In this document: in pieces, positions 7,325 to 15,197 of the stretch
How positions within the stretch are numbered: position 1 is the stretch's first letter
Layout of the letters: each line of letters begins with the position of its first letter
Source: Candidatus Heimdallarchaeota archaeon B3_Heim
GTDB taxonomy: Archaea; Asgardarchaeota; Heimdallarchaeia; Hodarchaeales; Hodarchaeaceae
Length of the DNA: 15,228 nucleotides
Direction of reading: 5' to 3'
NCBI GenBank assembly: GCA_003144275.1
Contig: NJBF01000058.1
Span: 1 to 15,228, forward strand
The notes under the pieces: model-generated
What the model saw: the letters and a program-made list of their open reading frames with translations, nothing else
The model's database searches: none
Told to the model about the DNA's origin: nothing
Made by a program: the position numbers and the translations under genes

Positions 7325-9646
7325 TTAGACAGGAACTTTCTGTACCACATCAAATTTTGAAAATCTTATACAGATTCTTTCAACGGGGATCCCGGGAATG
7401 ATTATTTGGCCAGGAACTATTTCAACCGTATCTGTTTCTGAGGTGGATTCCTGATCTCCATTCCTATCATTATCATTATTTGTGGCAATTACTTCTATCA
7501 TGTGTACGCCAACTATCGCGGGAACTGGGATCTCATAGGAGTAAGAGGAAACGCCATTTAAAACCTGATAAACAATTTCCCCCCCATCAACAAGTATTAG
7601 GACTTCACCAATTCCAGATCCCAGCTCTTCCACATTTACATGCCAATAACCAGGATCAACATCGGTACCTAACCCGAAATATTGAATAGCAATCGCGGGT
7701 GCTAGTGTATAATCGTCGATAATTGAGATGGAGCCTTGAGCGGAAGAAATAAATCCATTGTTGTCTTCGGCTGTGATTTCTAATTGATAATCGTCAGGAG
7801 TATTGGTGAGATGTAAACTATCAAAAATAATTTCATTGTCAGAATATGTCGCTATGACTTCACCATTTAGTGTAACCGTTGCATGTGAAATTCCACTTTC
7901 ATCAGTGATCTGCCAGTCAAAGCTGACCCCTCCTAGCGCATCCTCGTCAGAGATCGTTATACTAGACGGAGAAATATAAATTACTGGAGGATCTACATCT
8001 GACTGACTAACCTCAACCGTAGCTATTTCTGAAGCGGATTGTTGGTCTCCATCCCAATCAGTATCATTATTTGTGACAAAAACCTCTATCGTATGAACCA
8101 TCACTGATCCGGGGACTTCAATTTCGAGATATGAAATGGATTGTTGACCATTCAGATTCTGATCATGAATAACTATGTCTCCATTGATTAAAATTTGCAC
8201 TTCATCTATGCCTGATTCTACATCTCCAATTAGAACATACCACCAACCAGGATCAACATCAGTTCCTGAACCAATATACTGAATTACGATTGATGGTGCC
8301 GTTGTATCATCATCAACAATTGAAATGGTGCTTTGAGCTGAAGAAACTAAACCAATATTGTCTACGGCGGTGATTTCTACTAGATAATCCCCAGGAGTAT
8401 TTGCTAACAGATAGGAATCTGAAATACTTTCATCGATATTATATGATGCTATGACTTCCCCATTTACCTTGACTGTTGCTTGTAAAATTCCACTTTCATC
8501 GGTGATCTCCCAGTCAAGTAAGAGTCCTCCTATCGCATTCCCATCAGAGATTGTTACAGTAGGTATTGAAATAAAAATTACTGGAGGATCTACATCGGAA
8601 TGACTAATTTCAACCGTATCTGCTTCTGAAGTGGATTCCTGATCGCCAACCCAATCATTATCATTATTTGTTGCAGTAACTTCTAAAGAATAAATTCCTG
8701 ATGATACAGGAACATAAATTTCGAGATATAAGATAGATTGTTGACCACCTAAGTTTTCATGAAGGTATTCATATTCATTGATTAAAATAACAACTTCCTC
8801 GATGCCAGAATCGAGATCCTCTATGTAGATATCCCACCAACCAGGATCAAAATGAGTTCCTGAACCGACATAATAAATGTCAATTGTTGGTGCAGTTGTA
8901 TCATCGTCGGTAATTGAAATAGTGCTTTGAGCGGAAGAAACTAAACCATTGTTGTCTACGGCGGTGATTTCTACTAAATAATCCCCAGGAGTATTCGCTA
9001 AAAGATAAGAATCTGAAATGCTATCAATGTCAGTATAAGAGGCTATGACTTCACAATTTAACTCGACTGTTGCGTCTGAAATTCCACTAGCATCGGTGAT
9101 CTCCCAGTCAAGTACGAACCCTCCTATCGCATCCCCGTCAGTAATTATTTGGTCAGGCGTTAAAATTATAACTGGAGGATCTATATCTGGAGTAGTTAAC
9201 GCTTCTATCTTAGCCAAGATGTTGTCACAATCAACACCAAATTCTGCTTGTAACTCCTCGTTGATTACCCAAGATGTAGTTAATTTAGGTTTAATATCTT
9301 GGACCATTTTATCGTAAGCGGCTTCAGAATTATTCTTTGCGACTTGTCTCTTTAGGACATTTAATTTAATAAGCATTACAAATTTACGTATTGAGGTGGG
9401 TCGTTTCCATGCACTACCTGGGCTATCCTGAATTTTCTCCTTTAATGCATTGATTACTTCAATTATACTTACCAATGCTGGATCATCAACACTATCTGAA
9501 GGTTTTCTTCTGCCTTCATGTCTAGGGTAGTTACTTAACGAAGAAATTGAGGGGACAAGTAACTGAAGGCCTAATATCACAATAATTGAGATCTTTCCAA
9601 TTTTTACTCTCTTCAAATCATTCACTTCTCTCAAGAAATGTTTCAT
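7325..9646 (-). CDS. Secreted acidic surface protein: signal/anchor, helical N-domain, three tandem two-module (Ig-like) repeats
   Basis: Basic n-region plus hydrophobic stretch (KRVKIGKISIIVILGLQLLVPSISS). Highly acidic, beta-strand-patterned repeats. Alternative start TTG 9616 follows GAGAAGTGA. Confidence 0.85.
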   Translation of the reverse strand: MKHFLREVNDLKRVKIGKISIIVILGLQLLVPSISSLSNYPRHEGRRKPSDSVDDPALVSIIEVINALKEKIQDSPGSAWKRPTSIRKFVMLIKLNVLKRQVAKNNSEAAYDKMVQDIKPKLTTSWVINEELQAEFGVDCDNILAKIEALTTPDIDPPVIILTPDQIITDGDAIGGFVLDWEITDASGISDATVELNCEVIASYTDIDSISDSYLLANTPGDYLVEITAVDNNGLVSSAQSTISITDDDTTAPTIDIYYVGSGTHFDPGWWDIYIEDLDSGIEEVVILINEYEYLHENLGGQQSILYLEIYVPVSSGIYSLEVTATNNDNDWVGDQESTSEADTVEISHSDVDPPVIFISIPTVTISDGNAIGGLLLDWEITDESGILQATVKVNGEVIASYNIDESISDSYLLANTPGDYLVEITAVDNIGLVSSAQSTISIVDDDTTAPSIVIQYIGSGTDVDPGWWYVLIGDVESGIDEVQILINGDIVIHDQNLNGQQSISYLEIEVPGSVMVHTIEVFVTNNDTDWDGDQQSASEIATVEVSQSDVDPPVIYISPSSITISDEDALGGVSFDWQITDESGISHATVTLNGEVIATYSDNEIIFDSLHLTNTPDDYQLEITAEDNNGFISSAQGSISIIDDYTLAPAIAIQYFGLGTDVDPGYWHVNVEELGSGIGEVLILVDGGEIVYQVLNGVSSYSYEIPVPAIVGVHMIEVIATNNDNDRNGDQESTSETDTVEIVPGQIIIPGIPVERICIRFSKFDVVQKVPV
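7418..9187 (-). repeat. Three intragenic tandem repeats, periods 591 and 597 nt
   Basis: Units begin at D(I/V)DPPVI codons at 9187, 8596 and 7999. Each contains LDWEITDxSGI, TPxDYxxEITAxDNxG, DDxTxAP, GxGTxxDPGxW and NNDxDxxGDQ. Confidence 0.95.
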
Positions 9647-9899
9647 ATACTCCAGTAACAGTTTTATTTAGCGAGAGGATTTAAAAAGTTTTACACGGAT
9701 ACGAACCTCGGTTATACGCTGTAAAGTCCTCTATTTTGTTGTTCCTGTGAACCGTAAATTAAATTCAGACCGAATTTGTTTTCAGCTTGTGTCAGTTGCT
9801 TCAATCTTCTTCTCAGACAAATTTATTCTCCCTAATAAGGCAAAAATCTTACCTTTCGATCCATTTTTTCGTTTCCAATTCCGGAAAAGAAGCTGATCT

Positions 9900-10757
9900 C
9901 TAACTTAGAGCAAGAAAATTCACTATTAACGAAATGGTGATCAGTAATAACATACCCATGGTAAGTTTTCTGGTTTTATGGACATACTCAATGTCATTAT
10001 GCTGGTTTATTAGCTTAAAAATGGGAACTAACACTAGCAATATAATAACATCTACTCCCCAGAAGAGAAGTGGAAATGAAACCCCTGTGATGAATAAAAT
10101 TCCATGATATAAGATGAAACTTAGTAAATAAAGACTAATCACTACCCAAGCGGCCTTTCTGGTGCCAAACACGACAGGGATGGTATTTTTCTCATTTTTT
10201 CCGTCCCCTTCCACGTCTGCTATGTCTTTATGCATTTCAAACGTGACTACCACGATGAATATTAACAGGAAGAATAATAGAATCTCAATTGATATCTTTT
10301 CTGGATTGGTCGCAAATACACCAACAAGTAGTGCGGATGAAATCCCGAATGAGGTCAGTATATTTTTCACTAAGAGTATATTTTTTAATTGCCACGAATA
10401 CAGCACAGATAAAATAGCTACACTTGCGGAAAGGAGAAATGAATAAAGGCTTAAGTAGAAAGCTAGTATTAACCCAAATATTGTTTCTAAACTGAATAGG
10501 ACTTTAGCTTCATTCACTGAAATTCCTTTTCTAGGAATGGGTCGATTAGGCTTTTCAAAAATATCAATCTCGCGATCCATAATATCATTTATTGTATTAG
10601 TACTGGCAGAGATGAAAAAACCTACCAAAAAACCAAAAATTAGACCCAACCTCAATGTTGGGCCTGTGGATGCGATAATCATCCCAAAAATGACGACTAG
10701 GCCCACTATTATGGAAGCTTTGAGGCGTGCTAAATCTGTTATTGCTCTTAATTCCAT
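9900..10757 (-). CDS. UbiA-family prenyltransferase, DGGGP synthase-like
   Basis: NDIMDREID...KPNRPIP (NDxxDxxxD) and HKDIADVEGD (KDxxDxxGD) Asp-rich motifs, about 8 TM segments. Exact substrate uncertain. Confidence 0.9.
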   Translation of the reverse strand: MELRAITDLARLKASIIVGLVVIFGMIIASTGPTLRLGLIFGFLVGFFISASTNTINDIMDREIDIFEKPNRPIPRKGISVNEAKVLFSLETIFGLILAFYLSLYSFLLSASVAILSVLYSWQLKNILLVKNILTSFGISSALLVGVFATNPEKISIEILLFFLLIFIVVVTFEMHKDIADVEGDGKNEKNTIPVVFGTRKAAWVVISLYLLSFILYHGILFITGVSFPLLFWGVDVIILLVLVPIFKLINQHNDIEYVHKTRKLTMGMLLLITISLIVNFLALS

Positions 10758-11006
10758 CCAAATTCACTGTACAGAAAAATATCCTTCAATTGTCGAGGAA
10801 AATTTGCTTTATTTTAATCAATTGATATCCATTTAACGTATATTTGATCGTAAGAACTATAAAAAGCGCGATTCGGATTGTTTTTTCACTCTCTTTTCTA
10901 ACCTGGAGTAGATTTTCTTGACATTCACTAAACAGGACTGAAATTTTGTGGGATTAACGTAATTGCAATAGAGAGAAAAATAATGACGGAAAGAAATATC
11001 CACTCA

Positions 11007-12512
11007 CTACATTTCTCGACCGAGGATTACAAACACAATAAATCGTAGTAAGAATATACCAAGACCCATGAGTATGATTATGAGGGTATAGTTTCTTTTA
11101 ACCATTTGTCTCCTTTCCGACATTTCCAGTTGATTGCTTGATTCAAAGTCAAATCTCACAAAACCTGGTGATCTTACTCCCTGTAACAGCTGATAATAAC
11201 TTATTATTATCAGTGCTAAGAGGATTATCCCCACTCCCGCTCCTAGAGGATTAAAGAGATCCGCAACAAAAGCTATTATTCCAATGAGGATATATTTTTG
11301 TGGGATTTCCTTTTCCTGTTGATTTTCAACACTTAAACCATGTATGTGCAATACTAATTTACTAAAACCTATGTACAATCCTAGGAAGATTCCACCATAG
11401 ATGATTGCTTGAGTGATCCATGATAATGGGTCAAAAAATAAGGAGTCCATTTGTCGGGGTGGGGAAAAGAAGTATCCGATTCCCCCGACGGGTATATATT
11501 GCTCGGTGATTACATCCAACCTGAATTGACCTAGAAAAAAAGCTATCACAGATCTGGAATTTTCACGACCGCTAGCGTTCCATATGAGTAGACTGGTAAA
11601 TCGGATCACCGCAAGGACGGTTGTTGTAAGCACAAGTGGAATTACTGGGTTACGTATTTTTCTAGCTGGCTCTAACGATTCTGGTTGGATCGTACTTGTT
11701 TTTATAATTTCCAAAAACACGACCAAGAAGAAAAATATTCCAGCAAGACAAACAGAGAGGATTGATAACGATGGTAAGTTCAATTTATGGGCTGGATTCG
11801 TACTATACCGAAAAAATAAGTTTCCAAATGCAGCAATTGGTCCTTCTTCTCCAACCCAGTAAAGAAAGGCCAAAACTATTCCTCGTCCCGAGGTAACACC
11901 ATTAGGCCCTTCTAAAATATTGTTTGGAGCGAACAGTCCTTGAAAGATCCGTAATCCAACGCCTCCTGCAATAAACATCGATATTCCTGAACCTAATCCC
12001 CATCCCCTGTTAACAATTTCGTCTAAAAGAACAATCAGAACTCCCACAATTGTCAGTTGTATGATGATAAATGATTGAGTGGTAATATCCAGACCCGATC
12101 CAAATATTCCTGAAAATGTTATTAGTAGAGCCATGACTATCGTAATGAGGAAACTAAGAAGGATCCTCAGTATATTATATCGATTTCGCTCTTCTTGATT
12201 TGCTATATCCATTTTAATAATGTTCATTCGGATTAACGTATACATTGTTAATCCTGCTATTAGTACGGGCAAAATCCCCAGTTCGGCAAGTGATCCATGC
12301 AATGAGGCACTAATCATTCGGATGAATGCAAAGGGATCACCTTCTCCTAAGTTTACGCCGAGTAGGGGAACCGCAGTGAATAATTGATACAGAAAAAATA
12401 TTGCTATAGTTACCACACATTTCGTAGTAAAATCTAATTTTTCCACTGGTCTTTTTATTTCTATTTTGTTTGAAAATCTAGATTTAATCCCCTCTTCATC
12501 TCTCGTCGTCAT
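11007..12512 (-). CDS. secY: Divergent SecY/Sec61alpha paralog with truncated cytoplasmic loops and an extra C-terminal TM helix
   Basis: IEIKRP.....F..K, DPF..IRMISAS..GSLAELGILP, LDEIVNRGWGLGSGISMFIAGG, GGIGYFFSPP, ADLFNPLGAGVGIILL. Ten SecY-like TMs plus one more. No ribosomal-protein operon context. Confidence 0.9.
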   Translation of the reverse strand: MTTRDEEGIKSRFSNKIEIKRPVEKLDFTTKCVVTIAIFFLYQLFTAVPLLGVNLGEGDPFAFIRMISASLHGSLAELGILPVLIAGLTMYTLIRMNIIKMDIANQEERNRYNILRILLSFLITIVMALLITFSGIFGSGLDITTQSFIIIQLTIVGVLIVLLDEIVNRGWGLGSGISMFIAGGVGLRIFQGLFAPNNILEGPNGVTSGRGIVLAFLYWVGEEGPIAAFGNLFFRYSTNPAHKLNLPSLSILSVCLAGIFFFLVVFLEIIKTSTIQPESLEPARKIRNPVIPLVLTTTVLAVIRFTSLLIWNASGRENSRSVIAFFLGQFRLDVITEQYIPVGGIGYFFSPPRQMDSLFFDPLSWITQAIIYGGIFLGLYIGFSKLVLHIHGLSVENQQEKEIPQKYILIGIIAFVADLFNPLGAGVGIILLALIIISYYQLLQGVRSPGFVRFDFESSNQLEMSERRQMVKRNYTLIIILMGLGIFLLRFIVFVILGREM

Positions 12513-12647
12513 ATCTTCTTCCTCATTTCCTCGTATTTTGTTGATAAATTCGTTTTGTTTCTGATCTGATGATCTGGGTTTAGAATTTTTGTTTGTTATT
12601 TTGTGATTTTTTCTAATCTACGATTCTAATCACACGGTTATCTGGTT

Positions 12648-12662
12648 TTTTATATATTTAAT
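12648..12662 (-). promoter_or_regulatory. Putative TATA box upstream of the SecY paralog
   Basis: Minus strand TTAAATATATAAAAA, about 135 nt upstream of ATG 12512. Confidence 0.4.
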
Positions 12663-12748
12663 AATTATGGTGCAAATTTTTGACAATAAAAGAGGAGAAA
12701 AGAGGGCATCATCTTCAGGGGGGAATCCTGTTAATAACAACTGATGAC

Positions 12749-13570
12749 TTAATTGAGATAATCTTTGTAACTAGTTGAAATTGATAAATCTCTCATTTGG
12801 TGTTCAATGACTTTGTGATTTTTTAAGATTTTAATATAATAAGAGATTAAGGCCTTGTGAATGCCTAAATTTGTGCACAAATCCTTTTGAGTGGTAATGG
12901 TTGGATTTTCATTTAGACATTGCAGTATTTCTAAGATGTGTTTATTTTGAATTAAGGAATATAGTAATTTTGCCTCGGTTGTCCATTGTTGCTTCAAATC
13001 AAAATGATGTTTTGATTTTCCTAATACGAGAGAATCTATCTCATCTTCTCGTTCTAATATCTGGATCCAATATTGTGCTGAACCCATAGCAATGTCGGCT
13101 GCTCGAGTGATCCCGCGTAAAGTAATTCCTGGAGTGTTCGTTATTGTCATCATAATTAATTCACGATTATTTCCCCCTTCTTTCCAATCTTGTGATGAAC
13201 GAACTAGTTTGTATAATTCATATGCCAACGGCCCCAATGTCATTGCTGTGAGACTAGATATTTGCTCAAATCGACCTTGCAGGCGTTCAATTAAAATTCT
13301 TGATTTCACAGATTGAATTACAGGGGATACTGTCATTTGGGGATGATTCATATCGTGAAGAAATTCTCTCACCTCCAACTGTTGATAGAGTCCACTGGTT
13401 ATGTCTATATTTGGAAACAATCCTGTCGCTGGGGAGTCCCTGTGTTGAGTAATGATATTGGTTGGACTTATTCCAAAGAAAGTAAAAATCGAGAGTGTAA
13501 GCAAAAGAATTGCAATTACTCCTCTACAATAACGCCAGTTTACCCTTTGCCGAATTATCAACGCCCTCAT
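12749..13570 (-). CDS. Tandem winged helix-turn-helix regulator (COG3398-like) with N-terminal TM/signal segment
   Basis: NRELIMMTITNTPGITLRGITRAADIAMGSAQYWIQILE (wHTH1) and ILEILQCLNENP...QKDLCTNLGIHKALISYYIKIL (wHTH2). Hydrophobic aa 18-34. Confidence 0.82.
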   Translation of the reverse strand: MRALIIRQRVNWRYCRGVIAILLLTLSIFTFFGISPTNIITQHRDSPATGLFPNIDITSGLYQQLEVREFLHDMNHPQMTVSPVIQSVKSRILIERLQGRFEQISSLTAMTLGPLAYELYKLVRSSQDWKEGGNNRELIMMTITNTPGITLRGITRAADIAMGSAQYWIQILEREDEIDSLVLGKSKHHFDLKQQWTTEAKLLYSLIQNKHILEILQCLNENPTITTQKDLCTNLGIHKALISYYIKILKNHKVIEHQMRDLSISTSYKDYLN

Positions 13571-13792
13571 AAGTTAACGGGTTTTTCCCCTTTTTATGCC
13601 TTTCTTCCTGATCGTTGATTGTCAAAAAATTGTATTACAGGTCTGATAAAATTAGTTACTTGGCGGAGGCTTTGTGTTGATGATTATACGGTATTCCCCA
13701 TCTGTAAAGTTGATTCTAGGATAGTGGAAAATCAAGAAAACGAATCATACGTTTGATCTTTCTCTCCTAACGGCCTCTTCCTCGCTTTCTCT

Positions 13793-14974
13793 TTATGTAT
13801 AAATTATGCATCCCTTTTCTTTCAGGAGAGTAAACCAGGATGGGATGGTTTTCAGTTGATTCCATCTCAAATCAAGTTTTTCAAGTTGGGGCAGGGAACC
13901 CATACTCGCTGGGAGGGAATGGAATCGGTTACCCCGTAAATCTATGTGAATTAGCTGATTTAAGCCTGACCAATCCTCTGGTAGTTTTTGGACCTTATTT
14001 ACCCGCAGATCAACCACTCTAAGTTCGTGAAGCTGATTGATAGTCTTTGGCAATTCTGTAATCTTATTCCCCTTCAGATACAGGTATTTTAATTTTCTAA
14101 GATTGCCTATACCACGGGGGAGTGTTTCAAGTTCATTATTTTGTGCGTGTAATTCTAATAAATTTTTGAGGTTCCCTAGTGTCTCTGGTAGAGTTTTTAT
14201 TTGGTTACCATACAATCTAAACTCAATTAAATTCGTAAGCTTCCCTATGCTCTCTGGTAATCTAGTAATTTTATTCTCGCTTATATTCAAATAGCGTAGA
14301 TTAGCTAATGTAGTAAGTGAGGGGGGAATCGATCGTAGATGACTATCGGCTACATACAAAAACTCCAAGGATTGTAACTGACTTATAGATTGAGGTATTT
14401 CTTCTAGTTTCCCATGGGCGATATCTAGGACTATTAGATCTTTTAAGTTACCTAACGATTTCGGTAACGTTGTATACGTATTTCCATCAAGATATAAATT
14501 GGTTAATCCCGTTAGGGTTCCAATCTTCTCACTTATTTCTTCTAATTGATTTCCTCCTCCTATATCTAATTCATTTAAATTTGTTAACCGCCATAACCCC
14601 TCAGGTAAGCTGGTTATTCGATTATTTCGCAATTTTAAATGTTTAAGGTTGGTTAGTCCACTTGTGCTCGCTGGGAGGCTTCTAAGTTGATTATCACTAG
14701 CAATTAGTTCTTCAAGTTCTTTCAGGTTCCCCAGAGTCTCGGGAAGCTCTGTAACCTTATTACTCGATATATTCAAATATTTCAAGTTACCTAACTTCAT
14801 AATACTCTCAGGTAATTGTGTGAAGTTACAGTGTTTGAGTGTTAGGCCAGTTACCTTTCCGTTTTCCTCATAAAATCCTACATCAACGCCAATGAGATCC
14901 TGGGGGGAAGCAACGTTCTTAAAGGGCTGATTTATGTGATCTCTTAGTTTCTCAATTATTTGACTAGGATTCAT
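13793..14974 (-). CDS. Stand-alone leucine-rich repeat protein (15 repeats of 23-24 aa)
   Basis: Repeats of LxxLxLxxNxLxxLPxxIxxLxx from aa 41 to about 385, with short N- and C-caps and no additional domain. Confidence 0.95.
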   Translation of the reverse strand: MNPSQIIEKLRDHINQPFKNVASPQDLIGVDVGFYEENGKVTGLTLKHCNFTQLPESIMKLGNLKYLNISSNKVTELPETLGNLKELEELIASDNQLRSLPASTSGLTNLKHLKLRNNRITSLPEGLWRLTNLNELDIGGGNQLEEISEKIGTLTGLTNLYLDGNTYTTLPKSLGNLKDLIVLDIAHGKLEEIPQSISQLQSLEFLYVADSHLRSIPPSLTTLANLRYLNISENKITRLPESIGKLTNLIEFRLYGNQIKTLPETLGNLKNLLELHAQNNELETLPRGIGNLRKLKYLYLKGNKITELPKTINQLHELRVVDLRVNKVQKLPEDWSGLNQLIHIDLRGNRFHSLPASMGSLPQLEKLDLRWNQLKTIPSWFTLLKEKGCIIYT

Positions 14975-15011
14975 AAGAGAGATTTTGGCTTCTTTAAATT
15001 TAACCTTTCCT

Positions 15012-15197
15012 CCAAATCATACAAATACATACCGTTCTGAAAGACTTACCTAAATAGGACAGCTAGGAATAATTGGGAAAAATTATTCTTAACTATCTTT
15101 GGCGCTGTTCTTCCTGATTCAGCGACGCGAGCCTGCATGAATGCAGGTCTTACCGCCTCTCCACAGGCGTTTAAGGTCTCCGCGGAACTCTCGGCGA
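15012..15197 (-). ncRNA. Putative TnpB omegaRNA (reRNA) scaffold plus ~20-nt guide from flanking DNA
   Basis: GC-rich core 15111-15190 with hairpin CCTGCAT-TC-ATGCAGG (15132-15147) and CCTG/CAGG pairing. Perfect 8-bp hairpin GAATAATT/AATTATTC (15067-15088). Predicted guide TATGTATTTGTATGATTTGG (15031-15012). Boundaries approximate. Confidence 0.6.

Noticed and set aside
7150-7360. Possible frameshifted continuation of the surface protein (MWYRKFLSKIHSQRP... frame)
   Set aside because: No alternative frame gives a fourth repeat, TM anchor or sorting motif.
7418-9187. Repeats as a possible CRISPR array or DGR template/variable pair
   Set aside because: Periods of ~590 nt are in frame and coding; no short repeat-spacer pattern, no adenine-specific mismatches evident, and no reverse transcriptase or cas gene.
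11154-11171. SPGFVR after TM10 of the SecY paralog resembling the missing IPGFR ribosome-binding motif
   Set aside because: Too short to distinguish from chance and in the wrong structural position; revisit only if conserved in homologs.
12513-12617. 35 open, hydrophilic codons in frame upstream of the secY ATG
   Set aside because: No ATG, GTG or TTG (only ATT after a TAG); an A-rich leader avoids stops easily.
7480-13618. + strand ORFs at 7480, 9045, 10162, 10537, 11584, 12901, 13092 and 13313
   Set aside because: Antisense shadows of longer minus-strand genes with clear family motifs.
13840-14294. + strand ORFs 13840..14022 and 14037..14294
   Set aside because: Antisense to the LRR gene.
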